Assembly (NCBI RefSeq): GCF_000143415.4
Contig: NW_003314353.1
Location: forward strand, 596,371 to 660,370
Direction of reading: 5' to 3'
Length of the DNA stretch: 64,000 nucleotides
From: Selaginella moellendorffii
Taxonomy: Eukaryota; Plantae; Lycopodiophyta
The position numbers and the translations under genes are program-made. A model generated the notes under the pieces. The model saw nothing but the letters and a program-made list of their open reading frames with translations, did not search any database and was not told the DNA's origin. Positions 38,053-51,557 of the stretch are shown here, piece after piece. Position 1 is the stretch's first letter, and every line of letters begins with the position of its first letter.

Positions 38053-39026
38053 TTTCTTGGGTGGCCTCTCTGGCACCATTCGAGTCCATGTTTACTCCTA
38101 CCCAAGGCCCCTTAGCCCCGGTCTCAACCTCAAGTCAGTTTGGAAGCACTATTGGAGAGTTCTTTCAAGACTAGTTCCTAGATATCACTATCCCTATTAT
38201 ACTTTTGGAACCCCTTGTATCCCCCCCCCCCCCTCAGGAGACACACGCTTTGGGCTTTCACTTGATGACTTGTATTAGTATTTGGACTCGGTGTTGGACT
38301 TGATCTCGGTCTCAGACTTAATCTTGAACTCGATCTCGGATCCGACCTCAGACTCTATCTCAGACTCCATCTCGGATCTCGAACTCGGTCTCGATTTTGG
38401 TCTTAGACTCAGTCTCAAACTTATTCTCGGAGTTGGTCTCAGACTTGATCTCAGACTTGGTCTCAAACTCGGTCTCAAAGTTGGTCTCGGACTCAATCTC
38501 GGACTTGGTCTCATCTAATGAACTCTTTATCATTTTGGTCTTGCTTTCGAGGATCCTTTAGCCTTCAACATCTCAGGGAGTTGGTTCCTTACAACTAACC
38601 CCTTAAGGTATCGTAGGCTAAAGGATCTATAAAATCATGACTGGAACGATAAAGAGTTCATCAATATTGAGTCTAAGATCAAGTTCGAACACCAACTCTG
38701 AGACCAAGTCAAGACCAAATTTGAGACCGAGTCCGAATCTGAGATTGGGTCCGGATTTAAAACTAAGTCCAAGATCAACTCCAAGACCAAGTTTGAATAT
38801 TAATACAAATTGTGGGGTAAAAGCCCAAAATAATCGTTTCTCAGGAGGGGTGGGGGATTGATTGTAAAAGGTTCCAAAAATATAGTAGAGATAATGAGGT
38901 CCAAGACCTAGTCTTGAAGGAACTCTCCAATAGTGCTTTCAACCGAGTTGAGGTTGAGATTGAGGGTTAATGGCCTTGGGTGGGAGTGAGCATGGATTCG
39001 AGTGCTGTTAGAGAGGCTACCCAAGA
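38053..39026. mobile_element. Foldback element, complete copy (~975 bp, palindromic)
   Basis: Ends tcttgggtggcctctctggcac and gtgctgttagagaggctacccaaga; centre at ~38575-38602. Confidence 0.8.
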
Positions 39027-40980
39027 GCAACTCCCACTCTTGGAAGGAAAATCAATTGTAATATTCCTAACTCATATAGAATGGTGCCCCACTAGTGCAG
39101 ACCATACTTGAGCTCACGAGTTGAGCTCAATTTTCAATTGTAAATTTAGTATAAACATTATAAACTTTAAAATTTTAAGTTTATGGCGAACCTAATAATT
39201 TAATAGCTTTCTATACATTATATAGATAAAAATGTTCTAAAAAACACTTCTTGTTCTAATAATTTAAATATTTACTACATGCAATGATAGGGATATTTGT
39301 TAGAATATAAAATAAAATATTTGCAAAAAGAGTATTCTTGTCACTTCTTTAAATTTATACTCTATGCTTTCTGGCTAGTAAATGTTAGGTTTGTCAAAAT
39401 TAAAAAATTAAGATCAGTGAGAGCTCACTACTCTTATAGAGTCTAACGAAATGCAAGGTGCAACCTACCACCAAGCACAACGCTATAGAAGAAAGACACA
39501 AGGGTCATCTTTCTTAGAAAAGCACAACGGCCACTTTTCTACACCAATTCTAGACTTTATCCAACTCAATTGTGTTAGCCCCAAAAATCAGCATCCCTTT
39601 TGGGTTGTATTATACAAACTACCTATTAAAGTTTAAGCCAACTTGAACCCTTTCACTAGTTTGAAGAAAATTTGTAGAAAATTTTCCATTCTAGAGAAAG
39701 AATGACTCTTAGTTTAGGAATACAAACTTTCAAGACTCAACCAACTTCTTCCTACTAACAATTTTATATATGTTCACCTTAACACAGATTCTTATGACCC
39801 AATAGCATGCTTAAACATCGAACATCTTTGCTCATATAACTGACATCTAACACCAACATCTGCAAAATGCAAAGTGAACATCCAAGGCTTAATCACGAAG
39901 ACCACATCTTTGGATATCCATATTGCACTAACACTTTTCTTCACTTTCAAGATCCAATGTTAAGCCAAAATACTAACAAGAAAAATGACATGGAAAATCA
40001 AGTTCTAAGGAAAAATTCTTCATCACTCGAAGTAACAATGCCACTTCCACTAACACAAGTGTTAGCAATGTCTAGCAATGTTAGCAATAATCTACTCCAA
40101 GTGCTAATGGATCAACTGACAAGCCATAGCAAGTGAATGCTATAACCCTTTCCAACACCTTATGGGCAAATTCCCCAAGAAATAGGGTACTAATATAAGC
40201 TTAGCATAATGAACCACCATTAAGAATCCAATCAAAGTTACTACAATGCTACTTCATATAAATAGACTAGCTTCACCATCAATCACTTTGGGGTTGATTA
40301 TCATTTAACCAAACAACTTCGTAAACATATTGCTCATTATTACATGGATATGATATAAAATCACAATGACTTGATCATCAATTGAGCAACACTACGAGCA
40401 ACACCCATGTAATTACTTCAAAGGTTTATGTGAGCATCAAGTGCTAACTTGATTCAACAAAATATAACACAAATGCCACACTCTACTAATAGAGACTTAT
40501 AACACCCAACACTACTAACTTTTGTTCACAACACAAACAAGCTCATGCCACTTTTTTTTTTACCAAACTCAAAACTAATCTAACACTAAGCTACTCAAGG
40601 AGCAATAGCAAAGTTCCCAAAAAAGAATTGAGCATTATAACTCTAGTCTTCTAATAGCAAACCTAGACAAAATGGTTTAGCACTTCACCACTATCCATCC
40701 CAAGACTCACTATTTGTAAGACCACCATAACCAACATGCATCAAGGTAGGGATTCTTGATTGCGTAATGTGAATACAAGCAATGAGCTAACACCTCGTTA
40801 CAAATCATCTCTTCAAGAGAAAATGATTTACATGTTTGATTTTTTGTCCCTGACAACTCTTTTTTCAGTCTTATCTTTGACTAAACCTCAAGTTTGCATT
40901 CGCACTGCCTTCAGTCCAATCTAAGAAAAATTTATGAAAGAGCACAACAATAATTACTTAAATCAATAGACTAATCCCTA

Positions 40981-41510
40981 CGTAGCGCACTTTATCTTTC
41001 TCCCTTTAAGCCAACTGAAAAAGGGACAATTGTTTGATAAGAGAGCCCTTAGTGGTTATTTTATCCCTATTTATCCTTCAAAGTTTCAAGGATCCACGGT
41101 GACAGTATATCCAAATCTCATCCCATGATCACATGCGTTACACTCACCTCCCCTTCAGAGATGTCAATGTCCTTATTGACTATTGACTAACAACCCCTAC
41201 TGAGCCAAGGGGAACTAGCACCTCCATTTCCGCACTCAATCTACCAATCCTTCCATTGTGTAGACTAGTTATTCCATGTGAGGCAACTAATCATCCACCC
41301 ATATCACAGTCCCATGGTGGATACCTTTGTCCGTGGATACTCCACCAAGAGGAAGGATGTATGCATAGATGCCTAATACATACAATTTTAAATTTTAGGG
41401 GTAAGAATATACTTTGTTCAAGGTATATTATATTTTTAAGTAGCCACTAATCAATGGGAATTAAATATGTGCTATTTTTTCTGATAGCACATGTAGCGCA
41501 CCCTATCTCC
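40981..41510 (-). mobile_element. TRIM, second copy (one LTR truncated)
   Basis: LTR 40981-41142, PPT, internal region, decayed PBS, and a partial LTR from 41492. Confidence 0.8.
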
Positions 41511-41769
41511 ATAGGGCATCACCTTGGAGTCTACACCAACACTTTGGGTATGGGTTCTTTAATGTAATGTAGCTAGTATATTTGTTTGTGGTCACCTGTT
41601 AGGAGATGGCTTAGAGCTTTGTGTGAGATTCCCTAGAATATTCCACTATCAAAGTCATGAGAAGATGTTAGCATGCAAGGGTATATTCCCCTTTTTCCCT
41701 ATTTTTTAAGCACACAAAAAGGATGTTTTTTTGTAAGGACAAATTTTGATAATCATTTATAACTGGTGG

Positions 41770-43104
41770 TGCCTTTGATCTTTATTCCATATTTTCTCTA
41801 TGCCTACTATAATTCTTCTATTCTATGTGAGCATATAGGACATCATCGTATGATTGAGAAGCTGTGTAGGTCTTTCTATTGGTAAAAAATGCGACGTGAT
41901 GTTATCTAGTATATGAGTAGCTATGTTTGATATCAAGTTTGTAATACTCTCTTTCATGCTATAGAAGGATAGTGGGAGTTAATTGTAGTTTTTTGTTTAT
42001 TTGAGTTAGTGGCATTTGATTTGATGGGGTTTTTTTTCCACGGATTGACAATGAGTATATCATTATTACTTTTGACTATTTGACTCGCTAGGTGGAAGTC
42101 AGTGCTTTTGTTAGTGCATTTGCAACTATTGTTAGATATTTCCTTTTTAATCAAATGGTGTTTCAGCATTTTTGTCCCAAGTAAATTCTTTTGGATAATG
42201 ATCCCATATTTATGGCTGAGATATTTCATGTTTTAATGTTTTGGTTGGGGAAACACCACACTTTCATGAGTGTTTATCATCATTCACAGTCAAATGGTTT
42301 GGTGGAATGACTTGTTCAGACCTTAAAAGGGATAATCACAAAGTATATAAACTTTCAATATTTGAATTAAAATGGCTATTTACCATCACTTCGGTATGTA
42401 TATGTTATATGGGTGCAAAATTCTATTAGTGCTTCACCATATAAACTTTTATATGGTCATAATCTAATGGAGTTAGGTTTACTTTTGTAATTGTTACGAA
42501 CTAGGTTTTGGGATTAGTATTTGACAAGCATTCTTCTATTGGTTTAAGTAAAGTCTGTTGAACACCTATGCTGGATACAAATGGGATAATAACAGTGCTA
42601 CAACTCCCATCATCATCCACTTAAGAATTACAAAATAGATGTGATGTTAGTCCATTTTCCCAATCTTACAATATATGGTTTGTCTAAGGTCTTTCTTGTT
42701 TAGTAGAAGGGACTATATCAAGTGTTATGGCAAATTGGGTTGCAAGTTTATGAGGTTTAGCATGACATCTAATATGCTAATCCTTTAAAAATTGTGTATA
42801 TATAGCGGCTGAAACGCTTTATACAAAGGGATCAAGAACAACTAATACCACATACAAGTCTATCAATGTTTTTAAGCCTATCCATTAAAGAACATTGACT
42901 ATTTTCCATCCTTCCAAGGGGAGGGGATGATGTAAGGATTAAATGTACAATTACAATGCTATATCTTAATATTAGTGTGGTGGGATTTGATAGCTAGTGG
43001 ATTGTTTTCAATCTGGACCACATGCTTCTATGTATAAGTTAGGGTTTTTGGGTTAATTAATATGCATATTTCTGTATTCCATTTCCATATTCCATGCACT
43101 CATG
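41770..43104 (+). mobile_element. Decayed Gypsy integrase + PPT + 3' LTR (42931-43104) of the 7362 family
   Basis: Colinear with ~11000-12372. Confidence 0.85.
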
Positions 43105-43215
43105 TATATATTACCTTATCTAGGTAATATACTAATTATAGTACTATATCCATTTGGGATTAAATCTGGTAGGTTTAAACCTTAATTAATACATCAATAG
43201 CTAAAGCATTATAAT

Positions 43216-43218
<3 letters not shown>

Positions 43219-43247
<29 letters not shown>
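43219..43247. repeat. (TA)n microsatellite
   Basis: ~14 TA units. Confidence 0.95.
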
Positions 43248-43251
<4 letters not shown>

Positions 43252-43841
43252 TAGATCCAATTGCAACCTGGTTCTATATAAAACATTTTATAACTTTCAA
43301 GCTGTAAACATGCTGCATCATAATAATGATTTGTTGCATTAAACAGAAACATGATTTGCTTTGGTTTTTATAAGTTTTATAGAATTTCATTTTTATACTT
43401 CCATGGGCTAGAATCTATGCCCTTCATGAGAGCTCAATGATGTAAAATTTGATAACTTAGCTTTAAGGTTCATGGCTTTGTGTTGGCATGCTATTTCAGA
43501 CAATGTGAATCCTTTTAACTTAGAGGATAATATGTAGAAGTGTTGCAATTCCTCCTAATGGTTTTATGAAGATCCCAAAGCTGACAACAAAAATCCTACT
43601 ATAGTTTGGGAAATTTCACTTGGTACTCTTAAAATTCTAGCTATGAAGAACTTCATCGCTTCTTTGCCACCCTGTACACTTGCAATGATTTATATTGAAA
43701 GAAAATTATAGAGAAAGTTTACGAGACAGCCATAAGATTAGGGAATATCCTAGAATACAATAGGATATTATAGGCCTATTCCTTACACAAACGGGTCTGT
43801 GCTATTCAAAATGATTTTGCAATATTATCCAACATGAAAAA

Positions 43842-44614
43842 TTATCCTTGATTTCTCATAAATAAATTAAGTATATTTCTAAAGCGCGCTGGAAATTTGA
43901 TTGGTTTGTCGTTCTTGTCCAGACAAACAACAATCCTTTTAGCCTCTAACACTGGCTGCAAACAAGAAAAAACTTGAAAACCCAAAAGCAAAGGTTATAA
44001 ACAAAACCAACGGACTTCTTTGTGAGGAAGCTTGTAAATGTTGTGGTCGAAAAACAGTCTCACAGCCGACGATCCAGTTATCCTAGCCGTAACAAGGAAA
44101 ACATCCCCTGACTGGCATAAGTAACATTAATACCCCGGACAGATAGAAAGATCATACTTTCAAAGGGCTCAAGTACTTGATGTTGAGCTCCGCAAGCGCA
44201 AGCACAGCACCAGTCCCGGCAAGAGCCTCAGAATTGATTCCCAGCTCTTCAAATAACTCGTGTCTTGCTGGGTGAAAATTTGGCACCTTTCAAAGCGTAT
44301 GAGCAAAGGAAAAGCTTGGAACTGGATAAGCTATACCATGGTCGCAGTAGCTCGCGTACACCGTGTTCTGTACGAGACCATAGTTGTTTAACTCGTAATC
44401 GCGCACCTTGAGCTCAATTTCATATGCTTCGCTCATGCTGCAAGTTTAACAAATGGTGGGCTTAGTCACATTTCCGAAGGTCCACAAGAATTTACCTATG
44501 TTGCGGGCCAAAGAATTCTCCCTTGACGCTGTCCCGTGCAGATCCAATGCTGAGCGGCATCGCTAGGAAAGAGGGATCAAGAACCCTAAAATCGCGCGAA
44601 ACGCTATTCGGCAT
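43842..44614 (-). CDS. ALT/MKS2-like single hotdog-fold acyl thioesterase, 5 exons (start at 44614 or 44560)
   Basis: Spliced: ..[35 protein letters not shown]|[37 protein letters not shown]|[32 protein letters not shown]|[26 protein letters not shown] introns. Not shown in the ORF track. Confidence 0.85.
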
Positions 44615-45294
44615 ATTCTAGCCCCCTTTCGGGCCCTTTTAGGGCATCGACTATGGACGGCCTGGATTGCATGACATACGAAATGTTTTTTGACAAGGCC
44701 GTATGATGATCAACAGGTGGTTGCCTCTCAATTTCTCACCGCAAATGTGTCTCGAACTTATTTCGTCTTGGTTGCCAGTCACACTGCTCATCAATGCTGC
44801 GGTCCACCAGAGACTTAAATCCAGTTGAAACTTACGCGATAGACTCGTGCTGATCCTTCTCCCAAAACTTCTCCGTCGTCTCTCCTCTCCATCAGCTGAA
44901 AGGTTCTTTCGTCAGTCTTAAGACGCAGAGATTCCATCCACCTAAAGACAAGCTCCCCGACCATGACTGCAAAGCTGAAAAAAGAAAAAGTTTTGCTTAG
45001 ATACGTGTTAGCTATCGCCAGTGAAAAGTACCTGCGTCGATTCCTGGGCCTTTTGATATCGTCTTAAGTCTTCTGCGTGTCGAATCGACGAGCCGGATAA
45101 CTCCAAAGCAGTCGAGGCGCCATGGCGGTCGACGTCTTCGTTTCCCTGCCTTTCCCTTCCCAGCTTCCCATTTCCCTACATAGTTTTTTCAAGGAGCTGC
45201 CATGGAGGACTACGACGTGTCCTCTCCATTATTCTGCTCCATCCATCCCCCGCAGTGCTCTGGTTTGTAGCAGCAGCAGCAGCAGCTAGAAGCG

Positions 45295-45851
45295 ATGGGG
45301 AATTGCCAGGCTTCCGACGCGGTCGCAACGCTGATAGAGTATCCCAACGGGCGGATGGAGCGCTTGTACTGGACAATCTCTGCTCGTCAGGTGATGCTAC
45401 AAAATCCCGGCTACTATGTCGCAGTCTATGTGTGGCCAAAGCCTTCATCGTCTCCAAAACGGAAGCCCAAAATGAAAATCCTGCCCCCCTCGGCTATACT
45501 TGCCACTGGCAACTGCTACCGGCTCATCAGCTTTGAAGGTCAGTGTCGTTGGATCCTTGACAGAGTGCTGAACCTGGCCTTGCAGAAGTACTAAACAACT
45601 TCTCCAGTAGGAAAACTGGCACCAGTCGAGTAAGTGGCATGGTCGATGCAGCATTTCTAACAGCACCGGATTCCTCCAAGTCAGGCACGGGGTCTCAGGT
45701 AGTCGAGCTGTTTGAGAAATCCACCATATGATTCTGTTCCTTCCTCGTTGTGTAGTTCCAAACTTTTCCAGATGCCCGTGAGCTAGGAATGGGCATGTCG
45801 ATTGCGAAGCCATGGAGGCCCTCACTAAAGAGTATTGCCGAGACTATGTGA
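45295..45851 (+). CDS. PADRE/DUF4228 family protein, 3 exons
   Basis: MGNC N-terminus (myristoylation-like), VMLQNPGYYVA, YRLISFE|EVL and C-terminal WRPSLKSIAE. Introns 45539-45585 and 45699-45755. Confidence 0.85.
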
Positions 45852-45960
45852 AGGTGAACGTGTCCGTTGAAATCTTGTACATAATATCTGCAGCATAGAC
45901 TTGGTTGACAAGAAAATTCAAAATAACAATGGTACTTTACCGTCTCTTTAGAGTTCAAAA

Positions 45961-48900
45961 TTATTCGAGCCTCGGACGTTTCCCTGGAGGAGACTGAGGA
46001 TCTGGAATTGGACTTTGGTTGTCGTTTGGTACGCCTTGATCGACGTTCGCATCGTTGTTCGGGGCGTTGGCTGCCGCCTCAGAGTTGTTGGTTAAGGCTC
46101 CACTAACAAAAGAGTCACTGATCATAGATGGCCCCAGGAAATCAAGCCTTCGCCTGCAAATACAATTTAAAAACCAGATGGTGTGAACCTTGTGAACAAC
46201 TGACCCGTTTGACGAATTTAAGCGACAGTTAATTGCAGTAAGGTCTTTCGAAGGGCTTTGGTATGCGTGAGTACTTTCGCCAACACAAGCATACAAACTT
46301 TTTGAGTGTGGGGACATGATGTTTTCAACCTGTACGAGCTCGTCATATCCAACCAGAAAGCAAAGAGCTTACCTTTGTATTTCGAAGAGGGGAGACATAC
46401 ACATTGTGCCTGGCAGATACTTTTCTCGGAGACATGTCGGGAATGGCTGGGAGGACAGATGGCCGTGCAGGTGAGTTAGGCGCTGCATTTACGACCAGCT
46501 CAAATCAGACTAACATGATTTTAGAACTCTTTACCTGTGTTTTCGTCTGCCACATCACTTTGGCTTGCAGTCATAGACACCGAAGGTGGAGCGATTGTCA
46601 CTAAAAATGACTTCACAGCAGGAACAAAAACAGTATTGTAAAATTTGATTATATCTCCCGTCTCGGCAATCTGTTAGGGAAAACATTACATCTAAAAATT
46701 CAAGAAAGATCCTTACCCCTCCCCGGTGTTTGAGATAAACACTCTTGAAAACATGATTTCGGCTCTGAGGCTGCTTCCGGTACTGGAATATAATGTCTTT
46801 AAAGCTCACGTTAAGGCTCAAGACCTGCTCTTAAGCAGCTGTGATTGGGTAATCATCACAATATCATCGTACCTTGCATACGCCATACGTGCTACATAGT
46901 AGTATTTGATCAATGTGCCGGTTGAAAAAGATAGTTGTCCGATTCAGAGCGTACTCAACAACCTGGAAAATGTGCTCCACGACGAAACTAGGCTGCATAA
47001 GGCGTTCACAGAGAACTTTGATTCGGCTAGCGGCGAGCTTCAACACCTGCACAGCAAAGCACGTGGTCGAACGATGCGATGTAAAAAGATCTACATACCT
47101 TCTGAAAGAACACGACCATCACGATCTCATGCATAGCCTCGGTCGGTGAATTTGATTCAGCTGCCATGTCTTCCCCTTTGGACGTCCCTCCTTGCGAATA
47201 AGACGGTATCAACGGTTCCAACGTTCGCAATGGTTCACTGATAAGTTCCAGACGTCGTATGTCAGGTGCGAACCTGGGCTTAGCAACCACCAGCGAGTTA
47301 TACATCGATGACCCCTTCTCCCAGGCCATGCTCTCTAAAAGCCGTTCCTCGATAGAGTTTAGATGTCGTTTCAGCTCCCTTGGCAAAGTTGGTTCGTGCC
47401 TTACGAAAGACTCTATCACCTTGCTCAAGTCGAACGCAGTTATGCCAGTCGGTTCCAAAACAGCAGGAAACGCCAGAATGATGGTCTTGTGTGCCGCAAG
47501 CACCAACTCAGCAGAGCAGGCCAGCATGCACCGGTGAAACTTCTCGCTTGTCAACACTGATGTCAAATTCTTGCTCTGAAGTCTCAGGAACTCGGCCCGA
47601 CAAAGCGCCGTTAGAACTCTGTAGTAAAGCTTCGAGGCCTCCGATCTTCTTTGTACGGTCCATTCCGAGCTCCCACTGCTGTGGAGAGTGGCCCTCCAGC
47701 TGCCTTGGGGATAAACGGGAAATATTGCTTCCAGTAACGCTTTGCCCCTGTGCGTCACCTCTTCCGTTATGTCTCGGTCACACGACTTGAGGTAATCTAG
47801 TAATTCTGTACTTGGCTCGGCGGGTAATGGTGCTATAACGGTCCGTAACCACTTTGCTGTCGTCATAGTTACGCTAACAGGTGTCGGCGGCGGCATTCTA
47901 ACTGCTTCAGATGACGATGGCGTTGGCATTTTAACTGTTCCGCCTTCCACAACTTCACACAGCCTCTCCAGAATTTGCAGATGTGTGGCTAGCATATGGT
48001 CTTCGAGCAGGCCCTCAAAATACAATATGCCGTCTGCAACAGAATATCAACACTGGCTGGAAACTTACAAATTAGATAAACTTACCACAATTGAAACCTT
48101 GCAGGTTGCTAACAGCACTGGAGTCGCCTATGCCGGATAGACTTGGGAAAACAGTCGGAATCATTTCTTGAATCTTTTGGAGCATCGACATAACATCACC
48201 TTCACAAGCATCTCCGACGCTGGAGATAGACGCTACAAGGTTCACCCCCTTGTCATCCCTTTTCGCTGCAAACAGGTTGTGTCAGTAACAGCACTACAAA
48301 TGGCAAAACATACGAAAGAGAGACGTATTCTCCAATGAAAAGGATCGCAACGACACCGGCATATGAACAATCATGACGACCTGTTCAAAAACGTCAGACA
48401 TGGGAACAAAACGTCTGTTGCTTACAATGACACCCAGAAGCGCGTTCGTACACGTAACAAGATCAGGAAATTGCCCGAGGACGCGCATCCGCACAGCCAG
48501 GAAGAAAAACCAGCCAAAATGTTGCTGACCGGTGCTCGTCCCATCACTTAACATTTGCGGCTTAAAATAATCCAGATAATTCCTATTGTAGTGACTGCAG
48601 GGAAATTGTCATCGGGGAAGTTTAACAGTGCAAACAAACTCACTTGAACAGAACCATCAAGTGCACGAAGGTTGCTTGGTCTTCCTTAGCCTGAAACAAC
48701 GTCGAACTCTTTTAATCAGGAGTACAAGAAACAATCAGAAGCGATATACCTGAAGATGTTCCTGGAACTCTACCCCGTAAAGGTCATTCAGAGTTGCCGT
48801 GCATTTTTCTAAAAACTGTGGAAGCTCCCTGAAAAACTCCACAATACTGTTGACGAGTTAAGCAGGCACAAACGGATCAACAAAAAAAATAAAATAAAAA

Positions 48901-49322
48901 AATCTCACCTCACATTGGTCGCACGAAGAACTTGCGACACCGTAAAGGTGTGAGTTTCATTCCTATCCAGCTTCTTCAAGACATATAGAATGCATGCCAT
49001 CCAAATACGCTCGGCCTCATCTGCCTGGAAAAAAAAAAGACGACAAAGAAACTTTGGAAAACCGACAAACACGAGAACTGCTTACCGAGCCACCAAGCAC
49101 GGACGAATCCTTGAGCGACGTGATTGCGCGAAACAGCGCCACAGCTTTCTCCATGCGTATTTCATCCAAAGCGAGCCTTGCCTGTCAAATTTCCACGAAC
49201 TGAGAGCCCGTCCAGCACAAGAAAAGAATCCAGACCTCGCAGCACTGCCTGAATCGAGCCTCGCCATCGAGCGCCGCGCGGCTGAAGGGAACAATCGATC
49301 GATCTTTCTCGTCGCCTGCCAT
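45961..49322 (-). CDS. RBR: Retinoblastoma-related protein (multi-exon)
   Basis: N-term EARFRQCCE|ARLALDE. Pocket [47 protein letters not shown]. Pocket [32 protein letters not shown]-term [22 protein letters not shown]. Confidence 0.95.
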
Positions 49323-49456
49323 TATACCCTGCCGCACCGCCACCGCCAGGAGATTCTAGCCTCCACCCTGAGACTACGACACCCTAGACGAGCCAGCGCC
49401 TCGATTTCATACGAACCCTAGGAGAGCGCACTCAATGCGAGGGAAATGACCAACAA

Positions 49457-49528
49457 GGCGGGAAACTCTCTGGCGAGGCCAACAACGTTGTGACGCGTGC
49501 ATTCATATTTGCCGGGCGTACACGTGGC
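49457..49528. promoter_or_regulatory. E2F site (TTTCCCGCC, minus strand, 49457-49465) and G-box/ABRE (CACGTGGC, 49521-49528) in the RBR/fructokinase divergent promoter
   Basis: Exact consensus matches within a 363-bp head-to-head intergenic region. Confidence 0.6.
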
Positions 49529-49685
49529 AGTCCGCGATTGAGGGTGACTTTTACAAAGCTTCTTGTTCAAGCCTTGCAAGAGGCTTCAAGAAGAAGCTGT
49601 ATAGACAAGGTGCCGAGCATATTCTTTTTAGTTAATTTTCCATGGAGCGTTTTTTTAGGGCTGGGAAATATTTTGCGCGGCAGTG

Positions 49686-51329
49686 ATGGAGGCGCGATCA
49701 AGGCGCTCCTCATCGATCTCGCCCAGGAGCAAGGGCAGGAAGTCGGATCTTGTGGTGTGTTTCGGGGAGATGCTCGTGGATTTCGTGCCGACGGTGGGGG
49801 GATTGTCGCTGGCGGATGCTCCGGCCTTCAAGAAAGCCCCCGGCGGCGCCCCGGCCAATGTCGCTGTGGCGATTTCTCGCCTCGGCGGTCACTCAGCGTT
49901 CATTGGCAAGGTGAGACGAGCGAGAGAGAGAGATTTCTCTAGCAGGATAGAGAATGCAGGCTGCCAGATTGAGTTTTTTGAGAATTGCATTCCATCCAGG
50001 TCGGAGAGGACGAGTTTGGATGCATGCTCGTGGAGATTCTCAAGGACAATAGAGTCAACAGCCGAGGGGTTCGTTTCGATCAGAACGCGAGGACTTCTTT
50101 GGCTTTTGTTACTTTGAGAGAGGATGGTGAGCGCGAGTTTATGTTTTACAGGAATCCAAGCGCAGATATGCTTCTAACAGTACCCGAGCTTGATGCTGAG
50201 CTCATACAACAGGTAACGTTCTTTCTCTCATTTTCTATTCTTTTGTGTTCTTCGTTTCTCCAATGTTTTTGACTGGTGCTTTCTTCTTCTTGACAGGCAT
50301 CGATTTTTCACTACGGTTCGATCAGTTTGATCGCGGAACCATGTCGTTCTGCTCACCTTGCTGCCATGGACATCGCAAAGTCGGCTGGTGCATTGTTGTC
50401 TTACGATCCCAATTTGAGACTTCCCCTTTGGCCAACGCCTGAAGACGCCCGGATCGGCATTCTTAGCATTTGGAACAAAGCCGACCTTATCAAGGTGCTC
50501 TTCGTCTCTACCTTTTATTTTGAGCGTGTCTTACCTCCTCTTTTCTGCAAGCAAAGATCAGCGAGGAAGAGCTGGAGTTTCTGACAAATGGAGCGGATCC
50601 GTATACCGATGAGGCAGCAATGTCTATGTTTCATCCCAATCTTAAGTTACTGCTGGTTACCGAGGGCCAGAATGGCTCCCGCTACTATACAAAAGTGAGT
50701 GCTCCAAATGCTATTCATCGTGCTTTCACTAACGAAATTCATCAGGAATTCCACGGAAAAGTCGAGGGCATTCAAGTCCAAGCCGTTGATACGACTGGTG
50801 CCGGCGACGCCTTCGTCGGAGGAATCCACAGTCAGCTCGTTAGCGACATGTCCTTGTACACAGTACGTTTACATCCTGACTGATTTCCTGACTTTGGTGA
50901 TTCTTTGTTGGTAAGCGAACCTCTGAGAGCGCCAGAATTGATGCTTTCGATCAGCTAAATCCCGCCTTTCTCCTCAGGACGAGAAAAGGCTGAGAGATGC
51001 CTTGCGATTTGCAAATGCCTGTGGAGCAATCACAACCACGGAGAGAGGGGCTATTCCAGCGTTGCCAGACAAAGATACGGTGCTAAGGCTCATCGGTAAG
51101 CGCCTTGTTTCTTTCAATTTTGTCTTCTCGCTGATCTTCTTTCGCTGCATTTCCAGATCAACTTCCGAAGTCCCGGATACCACGAAGACCATCATGGCAT
51201 AACATTTCCCGGTGGAGGCTGCCGCTCAACGTGGACGCGGAGCTGCCGCTAGCAGCGACACCCGAACAAGATGCGGTGCTAACGAATGCGGCGGTAACGG
51301 ATGCGGTGCTCACGGAAGAGCAAATCTAA
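49686..51329 (+). CDS. FRK: Fructokinase (pfkB family), multi-exon, with a putative extra C-terminal exon
   Basis: [77 protein letters not shown]. Confidence 0.93.
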
Positions 51330-51557
51330 GAGAACAACACGCCTTCACAATATCATATCGAAGAAGGTACGCAAAGTTCATTCACATTCTTACAAAACTT
51401 TAATTTATCAAGCAGTTGTCCAGGTGCTGGTTGATTTTTGCGATGGTTTCGGTCCTGCCTAAGTCTCCCACGATTGTCTCTTTGCATTTGGATTCGGACA
51501 AACGAAGCAGTGCACTGCAGCTCACAAGAAAGATTGTTAGTTTTCTGATAAAAATCA

